From assembly GCA_036495095.1 (NCBI GenBank), contig DASXNK010000107.1, forward strand, positions 11,042-75,041: a stretch of 64,000 nt of DNA. Reading direction: 5' to 3'. A program made the translations under genes and the position numbers. This stretch comes from Candidatus Dormiibacterota bacterium (GTDB taxonomy: Bacteria > Chloroflexota > Dormibacteria > Aeolococcales > Aeolococcaceae). The notes beneath the pieces were generated by a model, which ran no database searches, was not told the origin of the DNA, and was given only the letters and a program-made list of their open reading frames with translations. Of this stretch, positions 1 through 8,740 are shown one piece after another. Position 1 is the first letter of the stretch; every line of letters starts with the position of its first letter.

Positions 1-31
1 GCCGGGGTGAGCGACTCCGTCTGCATCGCCA

Positions 32-697
32 TCAGACCGCCTCCAGGTAGCTCTCGTAGAGGTCGATACGGGTGCTGAAGGGCTCCGCCTCCGGGCCCCA
101 CAGCTCGGTGGAATCGAAGCGCACCGAGTAGACGTGCTGCGGGTTCTCGGCGATGAAGTGCGCGTTGGTGTCGGGCAGCACCATCGCCGGCTGGACCCGC
201 TCCACCGTGCCCTCGCGCCGGCGCACGTAGCGGGGCAGCCGGGTGTGGCCGGAGGTGTGGAGGTCGACGGTCCGGACCCGCTGGCCGACGGCGAACCGCG
301 GGGGATCGTCGACCTGCCGGAGCGACCCGGGACCCGCCGGCTTGTAGTCCGGCCGGTTCGGCTCGGGCGCCGGCGGCTCCTCCACCGCCTCACCCCGGCG
401 GGCTCGCACCCGGGCGTCGATCGCCCCCGGCGCGAGCACGCCGGTCTCGGTCAGCAGGGTCTCGGCCATCCGCAGCCACCGGTTGTAGTAGGGGAGGGCC
501 AGGTACTCGTCCGGGGGGGTGCGGTCGATGGCGTGGCGGAAGGCGTCGAGGTTGGCTCCCGTCAGCCGGGTCTGGCACAGCGCGCCGATGGCGAAGATCC
601 GCCCCTCCCACGGCTCGTGGAACACCGGCTCGTCGCGCTCCGGGAGCTGGACCCCGCCCATGTTCTCCACGCCGCCCAGGTCGTGGATGCCGTCCAT
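32..697 (-). CDS. nthB: Nitrile hydratase beta subunit (alpha subunit expected beyond the window edge)
   Basis: 221-aa ORF beginning MDGIHDLGGVENMGG with a YYNRWL-type motif characteristic of NHase beta. RBS-like CCTCCT complement lies upstream of the start. Confidence 0.7.
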   Translation of the reverse strand: MDGIHDLGGVENMGGVQLPERDEPVFHEPWEGRIFAIGALCQTRLTGANLDAFRHAIDRTPPDEYLALPYYNRWLRMAETLLTETGVLAPGAIDARVRARRGEAVEEPPAPEPNRPDYKPAGPGSLRQVDDPPRFAVGQRVRTVDLHTSGHTRLPRYVRRREGTVERVQPAMVLPDTNAHFIAENPQHVYSVRFDSTELWGPEAEPFSTRIDLYESYLEAV

Positions 698-727
698 CTC
701 ACCTCCTCACTTTTTACAATCACTATC

Positions 728-1120
728 GTGAAGGTCACCGCCTACTGGAGTGGAGGCTACCGCTGCCGCGTGGCGGTTCGCCAGTTCGAGCTTCTCGCCG
801 ACGAGCCCGAGGAGGTCGCCGGGGGCACCGACACCGGGCCGACGCCCACCGAGCTGCTGCTCGCCTCGCTGGCGACCTGCTTCACGATGGCGCTCGCGCA
901 CGTCGCCCGCAAGCGGAGGATCGAGCTCGCCGCCGACCTCAGCGTGACCGCCGCCGGCGAGCACCACGGTCCCAGCTTCGGCGCGCTCCGGGTCGAGGTG
1001 CGCTCCAGCCAGCCGCGCGAGCAGCTCGAGCCGCTGCTGGAGCGGGCGGCGGCGCTCTGCTACGTGTCCAACACCCTGCGCGGGGCGCCCCCGGTGGAGT
1101 ACCTCATCGTGCCCGGCTGA
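728..1120 (+). CDS. OsmC/Ohr family peroxiredoxin-like protein
   Basis: C-terminal ~130 aa of the 134..1120 ORF match the OsmC fold pattern (GTDTGPTPTELLLASLATC ... ALCYVSNTL). GTG start at 728, just after the divergent nthB start. Confidence 0.65.
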   Translation: MKVTAYWSGGYRCRVAVRQFELLADEPEEVAGGTDTGPTPTELLLASLATCFTMALAHVARKRRIELAADLSVTAAGEHHGPSFGALRVEVRSSQPREQLEPLLERAAALCYVSNTLRGAPPVEYLIVPG

Positions 1121-1367
1121 GGTCGCTGCCGTGGCCGTTCTCGGCGGCTCCGATGAGCGGGTGGGTGCACGCGCTCACGTAGGCGCCGCGCCGCCGGAGG
1201 TCGGGCTGGGCCCGCAGGTGCCGGCAGGAGTGGCCGCTGCCGACGATCCGCTCGGCGCCGATGAGGACCAGCTCGGGCGCGTAGCCGGGGCAGCCCTCCA
1301 TCTCGGCGGAGTCGACGCCACGCACCGCGTACGGGCACCGCGGACGTGCATGGTCGAGGGTCTCCAC
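1104..1367 (-). CDS. Small Cys-rich hypothetical protein (four Cys, possible zinc-ribbon)
   Basis: The minus frame has near-100% GC3, whereas the overlapping plus ORF 1131..1394 has lower GC3. Candidate GTG start at 1367. Cys are spaced RCPY...GCPGY...SCRH...ACTH. Confidence 0.35.
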   Translation of the reverse strand: METLDHARPRCPYAVRGVDSAEMEGCPGYAPELVLIGAERIVGSGHSCRHLRAQPDLRRRGAYVSACTHPLIGAAENGHGSDLSRAR

Positions 1368-1559
1368 GGCCGGAGTGTGCCCGGCCGAGCGTAAGAATGC
1401 AGCAACAGTCGGAGGCGGCTGTTGCGCTGTCACTGTGCTGACGAAATTGTTGGGATTGCTGGAGTTTACCCGGTTTCCGCAGTTCCCTGTCCGCCCCTGT
1501 CGCCGTCTGGGTTCTGCTACGCTCGCCATGGTCGGTCGAGCGGTTGTTGGAGGGGCGTC

Positions 1560-2270
1560 ATGCCGCGGGTGGCGCCGGCACGCGCGCTGATCATCGAGGT
1601 CGACCCGGAATACCGCGCCGTCATCAGCTGCTGCGCCGGCCTCGCCGACGTCACCGCCGAGAGCGTGGCCACGGTCTCCGCCGGGGTGCACCGGCTCAGC
1701 GACGCCGAGTTCGACCTGGTGATCTGGGGCGTCCCGCCCGGCGACCCGCGCCGGGCGCCGGTGATCGCCCAGATCCACGAGGAGAGCACCGCGCCGCTGC
1801 TGCTGCTCGACGAGGCCGACGAGGAGTCGCGGGCGTCGTACGACGCCGGCGCCGACCAGATCCTCCCCAAGCCCTTCGTCCCCGGCCAGCTGGTCGGCGC
1901 GATCAGGGCGGCGCTTCGCGGCCCCGGCCCCACCTCGGTGGTGCCGCTGGCCACCCGCATCGAGCTCGCCGGCACCACCATCGACTCCGAGTCGCGCAGC
2001 ATCACCAGGGGCGACGGCACCGTCTCCTTCAGCAAGCGCGACTGGGAGCTGCTCACCTTCCTGCTCGCCAACCCCGGGCAGTGGTTCACCGCCGAGGACC
2101 TGGTGCGCCTCGCCTGGCGCAGCACCCGGTACTCGACCGAGCAGCTGCGCAGCTACGTGATGCGCCTGCGCCGCAAGATGGCCCCGCTGGAGCTGCCCTT
2201 CGCCGTCAACAGCCAGCAGGGCCGCGGCTACCGCTTCGATCTGGACGGGTCGGGGTCAGGCGGGAGCTGA
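1560..2270 (+). CDS. OmpR-family response regulator (receiver + winged-helix), orphan
   Basis: Receiver-like N-terminus (LIIEVDPEY ... EFDLVIWGV). C-terminal trans_reg_C-like segment (SFSKRDWELLTFLLANPGQWFTAEDLVRLAW ... GRGYRF). A low-GC promoter-like region lies upstream (1380-1555). No adjacent kinase. Confidence 0.7.
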   Translation: MPRVAPARALIIEVDPEYRAVISCCAGLADVTAESVATVSAGVHRLSDAEFDLVIWGVPPGDPRRAPVIAQIHEESTAPLLLLDEADEESRASYDAGADQILPKPFVPGQLVGAIRAALRGPGPTSVVPLATRIELAGTTIDSESRSITRGDGTVSFSKRDWELLTFLLANPGQWFTAEDLVRLAWRSTRYSTEQLRSYVMRLRRKMAPLELPFAVNSQQGRGYRFDLDGSGSGGS

Positions 2271-3755
2271 CCCGGCGACCTCGGTGGCGAGGCGGAGCAT
2301 GTCCTCCTGGGCGCGCCGGTGGTCGGCGCGCAGCGCGGCGGCGCGGGCGCCGAGGGTGCGCGCCGCCTCGGCGCAGCCGGCCGCCATCCGGGTGACCACC
2401 TCGGGGGCGGCGCCGCCGGGGGCGCTGCGGGTCTGCACGATGGCGCGCGGGTCGAGCACCTCGGTGAGGTCGGCACCGGCGAGCCCCAGGCTGCGTCCGA
2501 TCTGCTCGACCGCGGCGGCGTCGAGCATCTCCCCGGTGATGTCGATGCCGCGCAGCCCCTCGCGTCCCGCCCGGCTCACCGCGCGACCGACCACCAGGTA
2601 GGCGGTGCGGTAGTCGACGCCGCAGCTGAGCATCACGTGCTCGGCGAGGTCGGTGGCCTGGGAGAAGCCCTGGAGCAGCGCCTGCTCCATCCGCTCGGGG
2701 TGCACCCCGAGGGTCGCGACCACCTCGGCCATCAGGCGGACGACGCGGCTCGCCAGCTGCATCGAGCGGGGCACCTCGCCCTGGGCGTAGATGAGGTTGT
2801 CGCTGCGTGCCGAGGGGGTCTTGACCACCGCGAGGTAGCCGCTCAGCCGGCCGATCAGCACCCCCGCGGCGCCGCGCACGATTGCGAGCGCGTAGGGGTT
2901 GCGCTTCTGAGGCATGAGCACGCTCGACCGGGTGTAGGGGCCGGCGAGCTCGACGAAGTCGAACTCCTGGCTGTCCCAGATCTCCAGGTCCTCGGCGAGC
3001 TTGGCGAGGTTGGTGACCAGGCTGGCGGCGGTGGCGAGCAGGTCGACGAGGCCGTCGATCTGCCACATCGCGTCGCGGGTGTGCTCGATGACGCCGTCGA
3101 AGCCGAGCAGCCGGGCGATGTGGTCGCGGTCGCTGACCAGCCGGCTGCCGTTGACGCAGCCGGCGCCGCCCGGGCTCAGGTTGACCCAGTCGAGGCAGGC
3201 GAGGAGGCGGTCGGCGTCGCGCAGCGCCGGGTACGCGAAGGTGAGCAGGTAGTGCCCGAAGGTGGACGGCTGGGCCTGCTGGAGATAGGTCTGGTCGGGC
3301 ATCAGCGTGCCCGCGTGCGCCTCGCTCACCGCGGCGACGCTGGCGGCGAACCCGGCGGCCTCGGCGACCAGGTCGACGATCATCGAGCGCAGCAGCACGC
3401 GCAGCGCCACCCGCGCAGCCTCGCGCCGGGGCCGGCCGGCGTGGAGCCAGCCGGCGTCGTCGCCGATGCGCTCGACGAAGTGGCGCTCACGGCTGTTGTA
3501 GGGGTCGCCGTGGATGGCCGCATAGGGAAAGTCGGCCGCCGCCACCCCGTGGGTCTCGACGAGCAGGGCGAGCAGCCGCCGCGCCACCGGCTCGGGGACG
3601 ATGCCGCGGGCACGCAGGTCGAGGACGTGGGCGATGTCGGCGAGGGTGAGGCCCTCGTGGAGCAGCGGCGCGTCGGCGATCTCGAGGGCGAAGCCGGCCT
3701 CGACCAGCGATGCCGCCGGGGCCTCGTCCGAGGCGCCGTGGCCGCCCCGGCTCAC
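2256..3755 (-). CDS. Fumarate-lyase superfamily enzyme, argininosuccinate-lyase-like
   Basis: Contains the class II fumarase/aspartase signature SSVLMPQKRNP. ~500 aa. GTG start overlaps the upstream gene stop (GTGA). Confidence 0.75.
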   Translation of the reverse strand: MSRGGHGASDEAPAASLVEAGFALEIADAPLLHEGLTLADIAHVLDLRARGIVPEPVARRLLALLVETHGVAAADFPYAAIHGDPYNSRERHFVERIGDDAGWLHAGRPRREAARVALRVLLRSMIVDLVAEAAGFAASVAAVSEAHAGTLMPDQTYLQQAQPSTFGHYLLTFAYPALRDADRLLACLDWVNLSPGGAGCVNGSRLVSDRDHIARLLGFDGVIEHTRDAMWQIDGLVDLLATAASLVTNLAKLAEDLEIWDSQEFDFVELAGPYTRSSVLMPQKRNPYALAIVRGAAGVLIGRLSGYLAVVKTPSARSDNLIYAQGEVPRSMQLASRVVRLMAEVVATLGVHPERMEQALLQGFSQATDLAEHVMLSCGVDYRTAYLVVGRAVSRAGREGLRGIDITGEMLDAAAVEQIGRSLGLAGADLTEVLDPRAIVQTRSAPGGAAPEVVTRMAAGCAEAARTLGARAAALRADHRRAQEDMLRLATEVAGSAPA

Positions 3756-4732
3756 AGCGCGCTCCCCGCGCCGGCGGGGGCGAGCGCCACCGCCGTGCCG
3801 CCGGTGTGCCAGAAGAGCACCGGCCCGCCGGCGCCGGCGGCGAGCAGCCGGGGGAGCACGCCGAGCGCCTTGGCGGTGAAGGCGGGGTCCAGGACCAGCC
3901 CCTCGTGGGCGGCGGCGAGGGAGGCGGCTCTCGCCCCCTCGATCGAGGCCTGCCCGTAGCCGGGCCCGCGGGCGTCGTGGACCTCCACCGCGGCGGCCGG
4001 CGGCGGCGGCACGCCGAGGAGCCGGGCGCCGGTGCCGGCGAGCTCCAGCACCCGCGCCGCGGTCTCCTCCACGGGGCGGCTCACCGCGGCGCCGGCCACC
4101 CGCAGCCGCCGGCCCGCCGCGGTGAGGCCGGCGAGCAGGCCCGCCTGGGTCACCCCCGAGCCGGTGGCCAGCAGCAGCAGCGCCGGCTCCACGCCGGCGG
4201 CGTCGAGCTGGTCGAGCGCCTCGGCCGCGGCGGCGGCGTAGCCGAGGACAGCCACGTCCCGGGCACCCCCCCGGGGGATCGCATAGGGACGGCGGCCGGC
4301 GGCGCGCAGCTCCGCGGCGGCGGCCTCCAGCCCGGCGTCGACGGACTCGCGGCGGGGGTCGCCGGTGAAGCGCACCGTGGCGCCGAAGCCGCGGGCGAGC
4401 ACCAGGTTGGGGTGGGGGATCGCCGGCTCGCCGCCGTACAGCACCAGGGTGCAGCCGAGCCCGGCGACCGCGGCCGCGGCGGCGGCTCCCTGGCACCAGC
4501 TGGAGGCGGGGCCGCCGCCGGTGAGGAGCACGTCGCAGCCGGTGGCGAGGGCATCGCCCACCAGGAACTCGAGCGACCGGGTCTTGTTGCCGGCGAGCGC
4601 GAAGCCGCAGAGGTCGTCGCGCTTGCACCAGAGCGGCGGCGCCCCGAGCACGCGCTCCAGCCGCTCGAGGCGCACCAGCGGGGTGGGGAGCAGCGCCAGG
4701 CGCAGCCGGGCGGCGGCGGTGGTCAGCGCCAC
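3752..4732 (-). CDS. PLP-dependent ACC deaminase / D-cysteine desulfhydrase / cysteate sulfo-lyase (CuyA) family enzyme
   Basis: Motif WCKRDDLCGFALAGNKTRSLEFLV matches the ACC-deaminase family lysine region. ~326 aa. GTG start overlaps the upstream lyase stop. Confidence 0.75.
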   Translation of the reverse strand: MALTTAAARLRLALLPTPLVRLERLERVLGAPPLWCKRDDLCGFALAGNKTRSLEFLVGDALATGCDVLLTGGGPASSWCQGAAAAAAVAGLGCTLVLYGGEPAIPHPNLVLARGFGATVRFTGDPRRESVDAGLEAAAAELRAAGRRPYAIPRGGARDVAVLGYAAAAAEALDQLDAAGVEPALLLLATGSGVTQAGLLAGLTAAGRRLRVAGAAVSRPVEETAARVLELAGTGARLLGVPPPPAAAVEVHDARGPGYGQASIEGARAASLAAAHEGLVLDPAFTAKALGVLPRLLAAGAGGPVLFWHTGGTAVALAPAGAGSAL

Positions 4733-6084
4733 GGGTCGGGCTCGGCGGCGAGGGCGGCGCGTCCCCGCCGCACCGCGGCGTCGACGATGGCCCCGGCGCT
4801 GCCCGCGCCGGCGGCGACCGGCGGGCCGCCACCGGCGTCGCCGAGGTCGACGTGGTCGCGGAGCGCCTCCTCCAGGCTCTCGCCGCGCTCCTGACCGGCC
4901 CGCAGCGCCGCCTGCAGCAGGCTCTGGGCGCGGTGCCTGCCGATCCGGGGGGCGAGCTCGGCGAGCAGCGCCTCGGAGGCCGCGTACCCACCGCCGGCGC
5001 CGAGGTTGGCCAGCATCCGTTCGCCGTCCACCTCCAGGCCGTCGAGCAGCCGCCGGGCCAGCGCCAGGGCGGCGCCGGTGAGCAGGCAGGCCTCGGGGAG
5101 GGCGATCCACTCCGCCTTCCAGGCGCGCCCGTCGCGCTCGTGCTCGCCGACCATTCCCTCGAGCAGGGTCGCCGCCTGCTGGCGAACCAGCCGGGCGAGG
5201 GTGCCGAGATGCTCCGCGGCCTCGGGATTGCGCTTGTGGGGCATGGTGATGCTGCCCACCGCACCCGCCGCGGCGGGCTCCCGCAGCTCGCCGATCTCGG
5301 GGCGCTGGAGCTGGTACACCTCGGTGCCGATCCGCGCCAGGGTGGCGGTGACCATCGCCAGCAGGTGGCCGAACTCGGCGACCCGGTCGCGGGCGGTGAG
5401 CCATGGCACCAGCGGGTCGGCGAGGCCGAGGCGGGCGCAGAAGCGCGCCCGCAGCTCGAGGCCGTTCTCGCCGAAGAAGGCGAGGGTGCCGACGCCGCCG
5501 CCGAGCTGGCCGGCGAGCCAGCGCGGCGCCCCCTCGGTGAGCCGCTCGCGGTGGCGCCGGACCTCGTCGGCCCAGGAGGCGGCCTTGAGGCCGAAGCTGA
5601 TCGGCGACCCCGGCTGGCCGTGGGTGCGGCCCGGCATCAGGGTGTCGCGGTGGCGCTCGGCGAGGTCGAGCAGAAGGCCCTCGACCGCACCCAGGTCCCG
5701 CCACACCACCCGTCCGACCCGGCGCATCGCCAGCGCTGTCCAGGTGTCGGTGAGGTCCTGCACGGTGGCCCCGTAGTAGACGTGCTCCGCCGCCTCGGCG
5801 GGCAGCAGCCGCCGCAGCGCCGCGATCAGCCCGAGGGTGGAGTGCGAGGTGCTCCGGGTGACCTCGGCGGCGAGGTCGAGGTCGACCAGCTCGACCCGGG
5901 CGGCGGCCGCGATCGCCTCCGCCGAGGCGGCGGGGATCAGGCCCAGCTCGGCCTGGGTGGCGGCGAGGGCGGCGAGGATGTCCAGCCACGACTGCAGCCG
6001 CGCCTCCTCGTCGAAGACGGCGCGCATCTCGTCGGTGCCCCACAGGTGGGCGTAGAGACGCGAGTCGCTCAGGCGGGCGCCCAT
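4723..6084 (-). CDS. Fumarate-lyase superfamily enzyme, adenylosuccinate lyase / 3-carboxymuconate cycloisomerase (PurB/PcaB)-like
   Basis: Signature GSITMPHKRNP, 454 aa. ATG start at 6084 overlaps the upstream gene stop. Confidence 0.75.
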   Translation of the reverse strand: MGARLSDSRLYAHLWGTDEMRAVFDEEARLQSWLDILAALAATQAELGLIPAASAEAIAAAARVELVDLDLAAEVTRSTSHSTLGLIAALRRLLPAEAAEHVYYGATVQDLTDTWTALAMRRVGRVVWRDLGAVEGLLLDLAERHRDTLMPGRTHGQPGSPISFGLKAASWADEVRRHRERLTEGAPRWLAGQLGGGVGTLAFFGENGLELRARFCARLGLADPLVPWLTARDRVAEFGHLLAMVTATLARIGTEVYQLQRPEIGELREPAAAGAVGSITMPHKRNPEAAEHLGTLARLVRQQAATLLEGMVGEHERDGRAWKAEWIALPEACLLTGAALALARRLLDGLEVDGERMLANLGAGGGYAASEALLAELAPRIGRHRAQSLLQAALRAGQERGESLEEALRDHVDLGDAGGGPPVAAGAGSAGAIVDAAVRRGRAALAAEPDPWR

Positions 6085-6947
6085 GCCGGCTCCGCGATCC
6101 GTGCGACCTCGCCCAGGCCCTCGCGGACCAGCTCCAGCGACGCTCCCCAGGGCACCGTGACCCGCCCCGGCGTCACCTCCAGGTGCTCCTCGAGCAGGCA
6201 GCACTTGGTCAGCACCGGCGCCGGCGCCGCCATCCGCCGCGGGCAGATGTCGATCCGCTCGGCGTCGGCGCCGTAGAACCAGTGGTGGATCTCGCGGGAG
6301 CGCTCGCAGCCGAGCAGCAGCCAGTCGCGGTGGGGAGGATGCTGATCGAGGTAGGCGACCTCCACGCCCTCGAGCACGATCCCCGAGCCCCGGCAGGGCA
6401 GCAGCCGGTCGCGGCCGTCGCCGCCGTTCGCTCCCAGCTCGCGGAGATCGACGAGGTGGGGCACCAGCTCGATGGGGGGCAGGTCGTCGGCCACGGCCAG
6501 CACCCGGCGGCACTGGTCGAACAGCTTGGGCGGCTCCGGCGGCACCACCTCGACGACGGTGATGCGCAGCGGCCGGGGGTCGAGGATGAAGTTCAGGTGC
6601 TCGTAGCGCCCGTGCACGACCACGCAGCGCACCCCGGGGGCGTGCCGCCCGGCGGCGGCGGCGAGCTGGGTGGGCACCGCGGTGTCGACCTCGGCCAGGT
6701 GGAGCAGCGCGCACTCGTGGGGGAGGGCGAGGATCTCCACCGCGGTGATCGGCGAGAAGAGCGGCTCCTCGGTGGCCCGGTCGACCCGCACCACCGCGGT
6801 CTGCTCGCCGTGGCGGGCGATGATGTAGCGGGTCCGCCGGTAGGAGTCGCGGCCGAGCAGGTGCTGCCGGAGCGACGCCGGGTCGAGGGGGCGGTCGAGC
6901 TCGGCGACGGAGACGTCGCGGTAGCGCCGGGGGACGAGGTTGCTCAT
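6069..6947 (-). CDS. Hypothetical protein, operon-embedded
   Basis: 292-aa ORF overlapped at both ends with flanking operon genes. No recognisable motif apart from a conserved-looking C-terminus (LTKCCLLEEHLEVTPGRVTVPWG). Confidence 0.5.
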   Translation of the reverse strand: MSNLVPRRYRDVSVAELDRPLDPASLRQHLLGRDSYRRTRYIIARHGEQTAVVRVDRATEEPLFSPITAVEILALPHECALLHLAEVDTAVPTQLAAAAGRHAPGVRCVVVHGRYEHLNFILDPRPLRITVVEVVPPEPPKLFDQCRRVLAVADDLPPIELVPHLVDLRELGANGGDGRDRLLPCRGSGIVLEGVEVAYLDQHPPHRDWLLLGCERSREIHHWFYGADAERIDICPRRMAAPAPVLTKCCLLEEHLEVTPGRVTVPWGASLELVREGLGEVARIAEPAWAPA

Positions 6948-7732
6948 GTCCCCGCGGCGGCGGCGACCTCACCCTCGCCGCAGCTCAGCTCGATGGTGTC
7001 GGCGCGCAGCCCCAGCCGCAGCGCCTCGAGGCCGAGCACCTCGGCGGGCACCACGTTGCCGAGGCCGGCGTCGGCGCCGAGCCGGCGGATGAACCACGCC
7101 TGCTGGTCCTTGCGGGGAGCCTCGAAGATCACCCGGTGGCGGGTCGCCCGGAGGAGCGCGTCCACCAGCTCGGCGCGGACCGTGCCGTCCGCCGAGTAGA
7201 GCCCGACGGTGCCGCTCTCGCGGCCCTCGGCGACCACCCAGGTGGCGCCGGCCTCGAGGTCGCCGGCGGCCTCCTCGGCCCAGGCGAAGGCGTGCACCGG
7301 GGCGTCCGGCTGCTTCGCCCCGACCTCGGCGAGCACCGTGAACCGGCGCGCGGCGCGCTCGATGAGGTCCCGCTTGGCGGCGAGCGGCAGCCGGCGGGTG
7401 CCGTTGGAGACCTCGACGCAGGGGAAGCCGGCCTCCTCCGCCCAGTCGAGCAGCCGCTCGGCGGCGCCCTGCACCCAGGCCACCTCGAGCAGGGTGCCGC
7501 CCACGCACGCCTCCACCGCGTGCTCCCGGAGAATGGCCACCCTGTCCGCCACCCGAGGATCGAGGTACGCCGTGCCCCAGCCGAGCTTCCAGACGTCGAC
7601 GTGGCCGGCGCACAGGTCGAGGAGCGCGGACATCTCCGGGAGCGGCATCCCGCGGTCGAGAACGTGGGTGATCCCCGCTCGCCGGGGCTTCGAGCTGCGC
7701 GAGGGGAGCTCGAGGAAATCGGGATGCGGCAT
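6944..7732 (-). CDS. comA: (2R)-phospho-3-sulfolactate synthase (ComA) family protein
   Basis: N-terminal SKPRRAGITHVLDRGMP matches the ComA KPRxxGLTxVxDKG pattern. ~262 aa. ATG start at 7732. Confidence 0.7.
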   Translation of the reverse strand: MPHPDFLELPSRSSKPRRAGITHVLDRGMPLPEMSALLDLCAGHVDVWKLGWGTAYLDPRVADRVAILREHAVEACVGGTLLEVAWVQGAAERLLDWAEEAGFPCVEVSNGTRRLPLAAKRDLIERAARRFTVLAEVGAKQPDAPVHAFAWAEEAAGDLEAGATWVVAEGRESGTVGLYSADGTVRAELVDALLRATRHRVIFEAPRKDQQAWFIRRLGADAGLGNVVPAEVLGLEALRLGLRADTIELSCGEGEVAAAAGT

Positions 7733-7762
7733 TTCTTCGATAGTAGATGCGCATTTCGTCCC

Positions 7763-8740
7763 GTGCAAGTTGGGCCGCCGGTGACCGAGCTCGACGCGGT
7801 GGTGCGGACCGTCCGCGAGGGGCCGGGACTGCGCGCCAAGGCAGCCCTCGCGCTGGTCAGCGACGTGTTCGGGCCCAGCGACTGGACCGGCGGTCCCGGC
7901 GACGACGCCGCCGTCGTCGACGCCGGCGGGGGCCGGGTGGTGGCCGGTGGCGAGGCGCTCTGGCCGCCCTTCGTGGCCGCCGACCCGCGGGGCGCGGGCA
8001 TCGCCGCGGTGGTCGCCAACGTCAACGACGTCTGCGCCATGGGGGCGCGGCCGCTCGCGATCCTCGACACCGTGATCGCCCCCGAGCCGGTGGCGCGCCT
8101 GGCCCTGGAGGGGATGCGCCACGCCGCCGCCCTCTACGGGGTGCCGGTGGTGGGCGGGCACCTGACCATCCGCGATGGTCCGCCGGCGATCTCCGCCTTC
8201 GGGCTCGGCGAGCTGCGCGGCCCGGTGCTCAGCTCCCGCCACGTCGCCCCCGGTCAGGCGCTGCTCCTCGCCTGCTGCCTGGAGGGGACGATGCGCGCCG
8301 ACTTCCCCTACTTCTCCTCCCTGGCGGAGCGGGGCGAGCGCCTCGCCGGGGACGTCCGGCTGCTCCCCGAGCTCGCCGAGGAGGGGATCTGCGTCGCCGC
8401 CCGCGACGTCAGCATGGCCGGGGTGCTGGGCTCGCTGGCGATGCTCCTCGAGCCCACCGCCGCCGGCGCCTGCGTCGACCTCGACGCCCTGCCCCGGCCC
8501 GCCGGGGTGCCGCTGACCAGCTGGGTGATGGCCTTTCCCGCCTACGGCTTCCTGCTCTGCGCCGACCCCGGTGCCGTCGAGGCCTGCCGGGCCCGGTTCG
8601 CCGCCCGCGGCCTCGCCTGCGAGGTGATCGCCACCGTCGACGGCGGCGGCGAGCTGCGGGTGCGTGGGGGAGGGGAGGAGCGGCGGGTGCTCGACCTCCG
8701 CAGCGAGCCGGTCACCGGGCTGCGGCTGAGGGCGGAGTGA
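7763..8740 (+). CDS. AIR synthase-related (PurM/HypE/ThiL superfamily) protein, sll0787-like
   Basis: PurM-like N- and C-domains (AAVVANVNDVCAMGARPLAILDTV ... GGHLTIRDG ... ARDVSMAGVLGSL). Divergent from comA by ~30 bp. GTG start chosen in frame. Confidence 0.65.
   Translation: MQVGPPVTELDAVVRTVREGPGLRAKAALALVSDVFGPSDWTGGPGDDAAVVDAGGGRVVAGGEALWPPFVAADPRGAGIAAVVANVNDVCAMGARPLAILDTVIAPEPVARLALEGMRHAAALYGVPVVGGHLTIRDGPPAISAFGLGELRGPVLSSRHVAPGQALLLACCLEGTMRADFPYFSSLAERGERLAGDVRLLPELAEEGICVAARDVSMAGVLGSLAMLLEPTAAGACVDLDALPRPAGVPLTSWVMAFPAYGFLLCADPGAVEACRARFAARGLACEVIATVDGGGELRVRGGGEERRVLDLRSEPVTGLRLRAE

Noticed and set aside
1131-1394. Plus-strand 87-aa ORF
   Set aside because: The antisense frame sharing its codon boundaries has ~95-100% GC3 and a four-Cys pattern, so I preferred the minus-strand gene at 1104..1367.
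2319-3959. Very long ORFs on the opposite strand of real genes (e.g. 2319..3959 +, 3710..4894 +, 4852..6276 +, 7747..9912 + N-terminal part, 10899..12998 -, 35807..39121 -, 39440..41740 -)
   Set aside because: These are typical antisense open frames of a ~72% GC genome. They translate to Arg/Gly/Ala/Pro-rich low-complexity polypeptides, lack the GC3 enrichment of the sense frame, and overlap well-supported genes.
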